Assembly (NCBI RefSeq): GCF_009914755.1
Contig: NC_060925.1
DNA length: 64,000 bases
Source of the DNA: the human T2T-CHM13v2.0 reference genome, Homo sapiens
Strand: one strand, 5' to 3'
Shown here: positions 1 through 12,275 of the stretch, in pieces
Layout of the letters: every line of letters starts with the position of its first letter
Position numbering within the stretch: position 1 is the first letter of the stretch
Made by a program: the position numbers and the translations under genes
Notes under the pieces: generated by a model
Seen by the model: the letters and a program-made list of their open reading frames with translations, nothing else
The model's database searches: none
What the model was told of the DNA's origin: nothing

Positions 1-3000
1 CATTCGATTCCATTCGATGATGATTGCATTCGAGTAAATGGATTCTTCCATTCCATTCCATTAGATGATTCCATTCGAGCCCGTTCGATGATTCTCTTCG
101 ATTCCATTCGATAATTCCGTTTGATTCCGTTTGATGTTGATTCCATTCGGGTCCATTCGATGATAATTCCATACGATTCTATGCGATGATTCCATTCCAT
201 TCCATTTGGAGGTGGCTCCATTCGAGACCATTCGTTGATTGCATTCAATTCATTCGATGACGATTCCATTCAATTCCGTTCAATGATTCCATTAGATTCC
301 ATTTGATGATGATTCCATTCGATTCCATTTGATGATGATTTCATGCGATTCCATTAGATGATGACTCCTTTCATTTCCATTCAATGAGGATTCCATTCGG
401 TTCCATTTGATGATGAATCCTTTGAATTCCGTTTGATGACAATTCTATTCAATACCAATTGATGATGGTTATTTTGATTCCATTTGATGATGATTAGTTT
501 CGATTCCATTTGATCATGATTCCATTCGATTCCACTCGATGATTCCATTCAATGATGATTCCATTCGAGTTCGTTGACTATTCCATTCCATTTCATTCGA
601 CGATTCCTTTCAAGTCCATTCGATGATTCTGTTCGATTGCATTCGATTATTCCATTCGATTGCATTCGATAATTCCATTCGATTCCATTTGAGGATAATT
701 CCATTTGAGTCCATTCGATGATTGTTCCATTCGATTCTATTCGGTGATTCCATTCGATTCCATTCGGTGATTCCATTCGATTCCATTTGATAATGATTCC
801 ATTCGAGACCATTCGATGATTCCATTCAATTCCGTTCAATAATGATTCCATTCGAGTCCATTCAATGATTCCATTCAAGTCCATTCGATGATTCCATCTG
901 ATTCCATTCAATGAATCCATTCGAATCCATTCTATGATGATTCCATTCATTTCCATCTGATGATGATTCCATTCGATTCCATTCAATGATTCCATTCGAT
1001 TCCATTTGATGATGATTTCAATCAATTTCATTCGATGATTCCATTCGAATCCATTCGATGATGATTCCATCCATTTCAATTTCACGATAATTCCATTCAT
1101 TTCAATTCGATGGAGTTTCCATTCGATTCCATTCGATGTTGATTCCATTAGTTTCCATTGGATGATGATTCCATTCGAGTCCATTCGATGATGATCACAA
1201 TGGATTTCATTCCATAATTCTATTCGATTCCATTTGACGATGATTCCATCTGATTCCATTTGATGATTCCATTCGTTTCCGTCCGATGATGATTCCATTC
1301 GATTCCGTTCAATGATTATTCCATTCGAGTCCATTCTATGATTCCATTCGATTCCATTCGATGATGATTGCATTCGAGACCATGGATTCTTCCATTCCAT
1401 TCCATTAGATGATTCCATTCGAGCCCATTCGATGATTCTCTTCGATTCCATTCGATAATTCCGTTTGATTCCGTTTGATGATGATTCCATTCGAGTCCAT
1501 TCAATGATAATTCCATTCGATTCTATGCGATGATTCCATTCCTTTCCATTTGGAGGTGGTTCCATTCGAGACCATTCGTTGATTGCATTCAATTCATTCG
1601 ATGACGATTCCATTGAATTCCGTTCAATGATTCCATTAGATTCCATTTGATGATGATTCCATTCGATTCCATTTGATGATGATTCCATGCGATTCCATTA
1701 GATGATGACTCCTTTCATTTCCATTCAATGAGGATTCCATTCGGTTCCATTTGATGATGATTCCTTTGAATTCCATTTGATGACAATTCCATTCAATACC
1801 AATTGATGATGTTTATTTTTGATTCCATTTGATGATGATTATATTCGATTCCATTTGATCATGATTCCATTCGATTCCACTCTATGATTCCATTCGATTC
1901 CATTCAATGATTATTCCATTTGAGTCGATTCGATGACTCCATTCGATTGTATTCGATGGTGATTGAATTCGAGTGCATGGATTAATCCATTGCATTCCAT
2001 TCGATGATTCCATTCGGGTCCTTTCGATGATTCTATTCGATTGCATTCGATAATTCCATTCGATTGCATTCGATAAATCCATTTGATTCCATTTGAAGAT
2101 AATTCCATTTGAGTCCATTCGATGATTGTTCCATTCGATTCTATTCGGTGATTCCATTCGACTTCATTTGATAATGATTCCATTCGAGACCATTCGATGA
2201 TTCTATTCAATTCCATTCAATAATGATTCCATTCGAGTCCATTCAACGATTCCATTCAAGTCCATTCGATGATTCCATCTGATTCCATTCAATGAATCCA
2301 TTCGATTCCATTCTATGATGATTCCATTCATTTCCATCTGATGATGATTCCATTCGATTCCATTCAATGATTCCTTTCGATTCCATTTGATGATGATTTC
2401 AATCAATTACATTCGATGATTCCATTCGAATCCATTCGATGATGAGTCCATCCATTTCAATTTCATGATAATTCCATTCATTTCAATTCGATGGTGTTTC
2501 CATTCGATTCCATTCGATGTTGATTCCATTAGTTTCCATTGGATGATGATTCCATTCGAGTCCATTCAATAATGATCACATTGGATTTCATTCCATAATT
2601 CTATTCGATTCCATTTGATGATGATTCCATCTGATTCCATTTGATGATCCCATTCGATTCCATTCGATGATGATTCCATTCGTTTCCATCCGATGATGAT
2701 TCATTCGTTTCCGTTCAATGATTATTCCATTCGAGTCCATTCGATGATTCCATTCGATTCCATTCGATGATGATTGCATTCGAGTCCATGGATTCTTCCA
2801 TTCCATTGCATTAGATGATTCCATTCGAGTCCGTTCGATGATTCTCTTCGATTCCATTCGATAATTCCGTTTGATTCCGTTTGATGTTGATTCCATTCGA
2901 GTCCATTCGATGATAATTCCATTCGATTCTATGCGATGATTCCATTCCATTCCATTTGGAGGTGGTTCCATTCGAGACCATTCGTTGATTGCATTGAATT

Positions 3001-6000
3001 CATTCGATGACGATTCCATTCAATTCCGTTCAATGATTCCATTAGATTCCATTTGATGATGATTCCATGCGATTCCATTAGATGATGACTCCTTTCATTT
3101 CCATTCAATGAGGATTCCATTCGGTTCCATTTGATGATGATTCCTTTGAATTCCGTTTGATGACAATTCCATTCAATACCTATTGATGATGTTTATTTTT
3201 GATTCCATTTGATGATGATTACATTCGATTCCATTTGATCATGATTCCATTCGATTTCACTCGATGATTCCATTCAATGATGATTCCATTCGAGTTCATT
3301 GACTATTCCATTCCATTTCAATCGATGATTCCTTTCAAGTCCATTCGATGATTCTGTTCGATTGCATTCGATTATTCCATTCGATTGCATTCGTTAATTC
3401 CATTCGATTCCATTTGAGGATAATTCCATTTGAGTCCATTCGATGATTGTTCCATTCGATTGTATTCGGTGATTCCATTCGATTCCATTTGATAATGATT
3501 CCATTCGAGACCATTCGATGATTCCATTCAATTCCATTCCATAATGATTCCATTCGAGTCCATTCAATGATTCCATTCAAGTCCATTCGATGATTCCATC
3601 TGATTCCATTCAATGAATCCATTCGATTCCATTCAATGATTATTCCATTCGAGTCCATTCGATGATTCCATTCGATTCCATTCGATGATGATTGCATTCG
3701 AGACCATGGATTCTTCCATTCCATTCCATTAGATGATTCCATTCGAGTCCATTCGATGATTCTCTTCGATTCCATTCGATAATTCCGTTTGATTCCGTTT
3801 GATGTTGATTCCATTCGAGTCCATTCGATGATAATTCCATTCGATTCTATGCGATGATTCCATTCCATTCCATTTGGAGGTGGTTCCATTCGAGACCATT
3901 CGTTGATTGCATTCAATTCATTCGATGACGATTCCATTCAATTCCGTTCAATGATTCCATTAGATTCCATTTGATGATGATTCCATTCGATTCCATTTGA
4001 TGATGATTCCATGCGATTCCATTAGATGATGACTCCTTTCATTTCCATTCAATGAGGATTCCATTCGGTTCCATTTGATGATGATTCCTTTGAATTCCAT
4101 TTGATGACAATTCCATTCAATACCAATTGATGATGTTTATTTTTGATTCCATTTGATGATGATTACATTCGATTCCATTTGATCATGATTCCATTCGATT
4201 CCACTCGATGATTCCATTCGATTCCATTCAATGATTATTCCATTTGAGTCGATTCGATGACTCCATTCGATTGTATTCGATGGTGATTGAATTCGAGTCC
4301 ATGGATTAATCCATTGCATTCCATTCGATGATTCCATTCGAGTCCATTCGATGATTCTATTTGATTGCATTCGATAATTCCATTCGATTGCTTTCGATAA
4401 ATCCATTTGATTCCATTTGGGGATAATTCCATTTGAGTCCATTCGATGATTGTTCCATTCGATTCTATTCGGTGATTCCATTCGACTTCATTTGATAATG
4501 ATTCCATTCGAGACCATTCGATGATTCTATTCAATTCCATTCGATAATGATTCCATTCGAGTCCATTCAACGATTCCATTCAAGTCCATTCGATGATACC
4601 ATCTGATTCCATTCAATGAATCCATGCGATTCCATTCTATGATGATTCCATTCATTTCCATCTGATGATGATTCCATTCGATTCCATTCAATGATTCCTT
4701 TCGATTCCATTTGATGATGATTTCAATCAATTTCATTCGATGATTCCATTCGAATCCATGCGATGATGAGTCCATCCATTTCAATTTCATGATAATTCCA
4801 TTCGTTTCAATTCGATGGTGTTTCCATTCGATTCCATTCGATGTTGATTCCATTAGCTTCCATTGGATGATGATTCCATTCGAGTCCATTCAATGATGAT
4901 GACATTGGATTTCATTCCATAATTCTATTCGATTCCATTTGATGATGATTCCATCTGATTCCTTTTGATGATCCCATTCGATTCCATTCGATGATGATTC
5001 CATTCGTTTCCATCCGATGATGATTCCATTCGATTCCGTTTAATGATTATTCCATTCGAGTCCATTCGATGATTCCATTCGATTCCATTCGATGATGATT
5101 GCATTCGAGTAAATGGATTCTTCCATTCCATTCCATTAGATGATTCCATTCGAGCCCGTTCGATGATTCTCTTCGATTCCATTCGATAATTCCGTTTGAT
5201 TCCGTTTGATGTTGATTCCATTCGGGTCCATTCGATGATAATTCCATACGATTCTATGCGATGATTCCATTCCATTCCATTTGGAGGTGGCTCCATTCGA
5301 GACCATTCGTTGATTGCATTCAATTCATTCGATGACGATTCCATTCAATTCCGTTCAATGATTCCATTAGATTCCATTTGATGATGATTCCATTCGATTC
5401 CATTTGATGATGATTTCATGCGATTCCATTAGATGATGACTCCTTTCATTTCCATTCAATGAGGATTCCATTCGGTTCCATTTGATGATGAATCCTTTGA
5501 ATTCCGTTTGATGACAATTCTATTCAATACCAATTGATGATGGTTATTTTGATTCCATTTGATGATGATTAGTTTCGATTCCATTTGATCATGATTCCAT
5601 TCGATTCCACTCGATGATTCCATTCAATGATGATTCCATTCGAGTTCGTTGACTATTCCATTCCATTTCATTCGACGATTCCTTTCAAGTCCATTCGATG
5701 ATTCTGTTCGATTGCATTCGATTATTCCATTCGATTGCATTCGATAATTCCATTCGATTCCATTTGAGGATAATTCCATTTGAGTCCATTCGATGATTGT
5801 TCCATTCGATTCTATTCGGTGATTCCATTCGATTCCATTTGATAATGATTCCATTCGAGACCATTCGATGATTCCATTCAATTCCATTCAATAATGATTC
5901 CATTCGAGTCCATTCAATGATTCCATTCAAGTCCATTCGATGATTCCATCTGATTCCATTCAATGAATCCATTCGAATCCATTCTATGATGATTCCATTC

Positions 6001-8686
6001 ATTTCCATCTGATGATGATTCCATTCGATTCCATTCAATGATTCCATTCGATTCCATTTGATGATGATTTCAATCAATTTCATTCGATGATTCCATTCGA
6101 ATCCATTCGATGATGATTCCATCCATTTCAATTTCACGATAATTCCATTCATTTCAATTCGATGGAGTTTCCATTCGATTCCATTCGATGTTGATTCCAT
6201 TAGTTTCCATTGGATGATGATTCCATTCGAGTCCATTCGATGATGATCACAATGGATTTCATTCCATAATTCTATTCGATTCCATTTGACGATGATTCCA
6301 TCTGATTCCATTTGATGATTCCATTCGTTTCCATCCGATGATGATTCCATTCGATTCCGTTCAATGATTATTCCATTCGAGTCCATTCTATGATTCCATT
6401 CGATTCCATTCGATGATGATTGCATTCGAGACCATGGATTCTTCCATTCCATTCCATTAGATGATTCCATTCGAGCCCATTCGATGATTCTCTTCGATTC
6501 CATTCGATAATTCCGTTTGATTCCGTTTGATGATGATTCCATTCGAGTCCATTCAATGATAATTCCATTCGATTCTATGCGATGATTCCATTCCTTTCCA
6601 TTTGGAGGTGGTTCCATTCGAGACCATTCGTTGATTGCATTCAATTCATTCGATGACGATTCCATTGAATTCCGTTCAATGATTCCATTAGATTCCATTT
6701 GATGATGATTCCATTCGATTCCATTTGATGATGATTCCATGCGATTCCATTAGATGATGACTCCTTTCATTTCCATTCAATGAGGATTCCATTCGGTTCC
6801 ATTTGATGATGATTCCTTTGAATTCCATTTGATGACAATTCCATTCAATACCAATTGATGATGTTTATTTTTGATTCCATTTGATGATGATTATATTCGA
6901 TTCCATTTGATCATGATTCCATTCGATTCCACTCTATGATTCCATTCGATTCCATTCAATGATTATTCCATTTGAGTCGATTCGATGACTCCATTCGATT
7001 GTATTCGATGGTGATTGAATTCGAGTGCATGGATTAATCCATTGCATTCCATTCGATGATTCCATTCGGGTCCTTTCGATGATTCTATTCGATTGCATTC
7101 GATAATTCCATTCGATTGCATTCGATAAATCCATTTGATTCCATTTGAAGATAATTCCATTTGAGTCCATTCGATGATTGTTCCATTCGATTCTATTCGG
7201 TGATTCCATTCGACTTCATTTGATAATGATTCCATTCGAGACCATTCGATGATTCTATTCAATTCCATTCAATAATGATTCCATTCGAGTCCATTCAACG
7301 ATTCCATTCAAGTCCATTCGATGATTCCATCTGATTCCATTCAATGAATCCATTCGATTCCATTCTATGATGATTCCATTCATTTCCATCTGATGATGAT
7401 TCCATTCGATTCCATTCAATGATTCCTTTCGATTCCATTTGATGATGATTTCAATCAATTACATTCGATGATTCCATTCGAATCCATTCGATGATGAGTC
7501 CATCCATTTCAATTTCATGATAATTCCATTCATTTCAATTCGATGGTGTTTCCATTCGATTCCATTCGATGTTGATTCCATTAGTTTCCATTGGATGATG
7601 ATTCCATTCGAGTCCATTCAATAATGATCACATTGGATTTCATTCCATAATTCTATTCGATTCCATTTGATGATGATTCCATCTGATTCCATTTGATGAT
7701 CCCATTCGATTCCATTCGATGATGATTCCATTCGTTTCCATCCGATGATGATTCATTCGTTTCCGTTCAATGATTATTCCATTCGAGTCCATTCGATGAT
7801 TCCATTCGATTCCATTCGATGATGATTGCATTCGAGTCCATGGATTCTTCCATTCCATTGCATTAGATGATTCCATTCGAGTCCGTTCGATGATTCTCTT
7901 CGATTCCATTCGATAATTCCGTTTGATTCCGTTTGATGTTGATTCCATTCGAGTCCATTCGATGATAATTCCATTCGATTCTATGCGATGATTCCATTCC
8001 ATTCCATTTGGAGGTGGTTCCATTCGAGACCATTCGTTGATTGCATTGAATTCATTCGATGACGATTCCATTCAATTCCGTTCAATGATTCCATTAGATT
8101 CCATTTGATGATGATTCCATGCGATTCCATTAGATGATGACTCCTTTCATTTCCATTCAATGAGGATTCCATTCGGTTCCATTTGATGATGATTCCTTTG
8201 AATTCCGTTTGATGACAATTCCATTCAATACCTATTGATGATGTTTATTTTTGATTCCATTTGATGATGATTACATTCGATTCCATTTGATCATGATTCC
8301 ATTCGATTCCACTCGATGATTCCATTCAATGATGATTCCATTCGAGTTCATTGACTATTCCATTCCATTTCAATCGATGATTCCTTTCAAGTCCATTCGA
8401 TGATTCTGTTCGATTGCATTCGATTATTCCATTCGATTGCATTCGTTAATTCCATTCGATTCCATTTGAGGATAATTCCATTTGAGTCCATTCGATGATT
8501 GTTCCATTCGATTGTATTCGGTGATTCCATTCGATTCCATTTGATAATGATTCCATTCGAGACCATTCGATGATTCCATTCAATTCCATTCCATAATGAT
8601 TCCATTCGAGTCCATTCAATGATTCCATTCAAGTCCATTCGATGATTCCATCTGATTCCATTCAATGAATCCATTCGATTCCATTC
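1..8686 (+). repeat. 5052-bp-period duplication (5075 bp left of the 23-bp insertion): 1-3634 recurs at 5076-8686
   Basis: Private variants are shared at a fixed offset: GAGTAAATGG at 32 and 5107, plus GGTGGCTCC, ATTAGTTTCG and GAGTGCATGG. ORF pairs 1882/6934, 2588/7640 and 3335/8387 are each offset by 5052. Confidence 0.92.
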
Positions 8687-9547
8687 TATGATGATTCCAT
8701 TCATTTCCATTTGATGATGATTCCATTCGATTCCATTCAATGATTCCATTCGATTCCATTTGATGATGATTTCAATCAATTTCATTCGATGATTCCATTC
8801 GAATCCATTCGGTGATGAGTCCATCCATTTCAATTTCATGATAATTCCATTCGTTTCAATTCGATGGAGTTTCCATTCGATTCCATTCGATGTTGATTCC
8901 ATTAGTTTCCATTGGATGATGATTTCATTCGAGTCCATTCGATGATGATCACAATGGATTTCATTCCATAATTGTATTCGATTCCATTTGATGATGATTC
9001 CATCTGATTCCATTTGATGATTCCATTCGTTTCCATCCGATGGTGATTCCATTCGATTCCGTTCAATGATTATTCCATTCGAGTCCATTCTATGATTCCA
9101 TTCGATTCCATTCGATGATGATTGCATTCGAGAAAATGGATTCTTCCATTCCATTCCATTAGATGATTCCATTCGAGTCCATTCGATGATTCTCTTCGAT
9201 TCCATTCGATAATTCCGTTTGATTCTGTTTGATGTTGATTCCATTCGAGTCCATTCAATGATAATTCCATTCGATTCTATGCGATGATTCCATTCCTTTC
9301 CATTTGGAGGTGGTTCCTTCGAGACCATTCGTTGATTGCATTCAATTCATTCGATGACGATTCCATTGAATTCCGTTCAATGATTCCATTAGATTCCATT
9401 TGATGATGATTCCATTCGATTCAATTTGATGATGATTTCATGTGATTCCATTAGATGATGACTCCTTTCATTTCCATTCAATGAGGATTCCAATCGGTTC
9501 CATTTGATGATGATTCCTTTGAATTCCATTTGATGACAATTCCATTC

Positions 9548-10954
9548 AAAACCAATTGATGATGTTTATTTTTGATTCCATTTGATGATGATTACATTCC
9601 ATTCCATTTGATCATGATTCCATTCGATTCCACTCGATGATTCCATTCGATTCCATTCAATGATTATTCCATTTGAGTCGATTCGATGACTCCATTCGAT
9701 TGTATTCGATGGTGATTGAATTCGAGTCCATGGATTAATCCATTGCATTCCATTCGATGATTCCATTCGAGTCCATTCGATGATTCTATTCGATTGCATT
9801 CGATAATTCCATTCGATTGCATTCGATAAATCCATTTGATTCCATTTGAGGATAATTCCATTTGAGTCCATTCGATGATTGTTCCATTCGATTCTATTCG
9901 GTGATTCCATTCGACTTCATTTGATAATGATTCCATTCGAGACCATTCGATGATTCTATTCAATTCCATTCAATAATGATTCCATTCGAGTCCATTCAAC
10001 GATTCCATTCAAGTCCATTCGATGATTCCATCTGATTCCATTCAATGAATCCATGCGATTCCATTCTATGATGATTCCATTCATTTCCATCTGATGATGA
10101 TTCCATTCGATTCCATTCAATGATTCCTTTCGATTCCATTTGATGATGATTTCAATCAATTTCATTCGATGATTCCATTCGAATCCATTCGATGATGAGT
10201 CCATCCATTTCAATTTCATGATAATTCCATTCGTTTCAATTCGATGGTGTTTCCATTCGATTCCATTCGATGTTGATTCCATTAGTTTCCATTGGATGAT
10301 GATTCCATTCGAGTCCATTCAATGATGATCACATTGGATTTCATTCCATAATTCTATTCGATTTCATTTGATGATGATTCCATCTGATTCCTTTTGATGA
10401 TCCCATTCGATTCCATTCGATGATGATTCCATTCGTTTCCATCCGATGATGATTCCATTCGATTCCGTTCAATGATTATTCCATTCGAGTCCATTCGATG
10501 ATTCCATTCGATTCCATTCGATGATGATTGCATTCGAGTCCATGGATTCTTCCATTCCATTCCATTAGATGATTCCATTCGAGCCCGTTCGATGATTCTC
10601 TTCGATTCCATTCGATAATTCCGTTTGATTCCGTTTGATGTTGATTCCATTCGGGTCCATTCGATGATAATTCCATTCGATTCTATGCGATGATTCCATT
10701 CCATTCCATTTGGAGATGGTTCCATTCGAGACCATTCGTTGATTGCATTCAATTCATTCGATGACGATTCCATTCAATTCTGTTCAATGATTCCATTAGA
10801 TTCCATTTGATGATGATTCCATTCGATTCCATTTGATGATGATTCCATGCGATTCCATTAGATGATGACTCCTTTCATTTCCATTCAATGAGGATTCCAT
10901 TCGGTTCCATTTGATGATGATTCCTTTGAATTCCGTTTGGTGACAATTCCATTC
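9548..10954 (+). repeat. Representative B monomer (1407 bp)
   Basis: The head reads GTTTATTTTTG (+1 bp vs A). It has an extra 59-bp block (GATTCCATTCAATGATTATTCCATTTGAGTCGATTCGATGACTCCATTCGATTGTATTC) and an extra 26-bp unit (CCCATTCGATTCCATTCGATGATGAT). 1+59+26 = 86 = 1407-1321. Confidence 0.93.
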
Positions 10955-12275
10955 AATACCAATTAATGATGGTTATTTTGATTCCATTTGATGATGATTA
11001 CTTTCGATTCCATTTGATCATGATTCCATTCGATTCCACTCGATGATTCCATTCAATGATGATTCCATTCGAGTTCATTGACTATTCCATTCCATTTCAA
11101 TCGATGATTCCTTTCAAGTCCATTCGATGATTCTGTTCGATTGCATTCGATTATTCCATTCGATTGCATTCGTTAATTCCATTCGATTCCATTTGAGGAT
11201 AATTCCATTTGAGTCCATTCGATGATTGTTCCATTCGATTCTATTCGGTGATTCCATTCGATTCCATTTGATAATGATTCCATTCGAGACCATTCGATGA
11301 TTCCTTTCAATTCCATTCCATAATGATTCCATTCGAGTCCATTCAATGATTCCATTCAAGTCCATTCGATGATTCCATCTGATTCCATTCAATGAATCCA
11401 TTCGATTCCATTCTATGATGATTCCATTCATTTCCATCTGATGATGATTCCATTCGATTCCATTCAATGATTCCATTCGATTCCATTTGATGATGATTTC
11501 AATCAATTTCATTCGATGATTCCATTCGAATCTATTCGATGATGAGTCCATCCATTTCAATTTCATGATAATTCCATTCGTTTCAATTCGATGGAGTTTC
11601 CATTCGATTCCATTCGATGTTGATTCCATTAGTTTCCATTGGATGATGATTCCATTCGAGTCCATTCGATGATGATCACAATGGATTTCATTCCATAATT
11701 GTATTCGATTCCATTTGATGATGATTCCATCTGATTCCATTTGATGATTCCATTCGTTTCCATCCGATGGTGATTCCATTCGATTCCGTTCAATGATTAT
11801 TCCATTCGAGTCCATTCTATGATTCCATTCGATTCCATTCGATGATGATTGCATTCGAGACCATGGATTCTTCCATTCCATTCCATTAGATGATTCCATT
11901 CGAGTCCATTCGATGATTCTCTTCGATTCCATTCGATAATTCCGTTTGATTCTGTTTGATGTTGATTCCATTCGAGTCCATTCAATGATAATTCCATTCG
12001 ATTCTATGCGATGATTCCATTCCTTTCCATTTGGAGGTGGTTCCATTCGAGACCATTCGTTGATTGCATTCAATTCATTCGATGACGATTCCATTGAATT
12101 CCGTTCAATGATTCCATTAGATTCCATTTAATGATGATTCCATTCGATTCCATTTGATGATGATTCCATGCGATTCCATTAGATGATGACTCCTTTCATT
12201 TCCATTCAATGAGGATTCCATTCGGTTCCATTTGATGATGATTCCTTTGAATTCCATTTGATGACAATTCCATTC
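10955..12275 (+). repeat. Representative A monomer (1321 bp)
   Basis: The head reads GGTTATTTTG and the unit carries GAGTTCATTGACTATTCC and GGAGGTGG. It lacks the 59-bp and 26-bp blocks present in B. Confidence 0.93.

Noticed and set aside
205-220. GGAGG in TTTGGAGGTGG resembling a Shine-Dalgarno or Chi-like motif, once per monomer
   Set aside because: It is a diverged form of TTTGATAATGA/TTTGATGATGA (it aligns to the other half-monomer) in eukaryotic satellite DNA, with no downstream plus-strand ORF.
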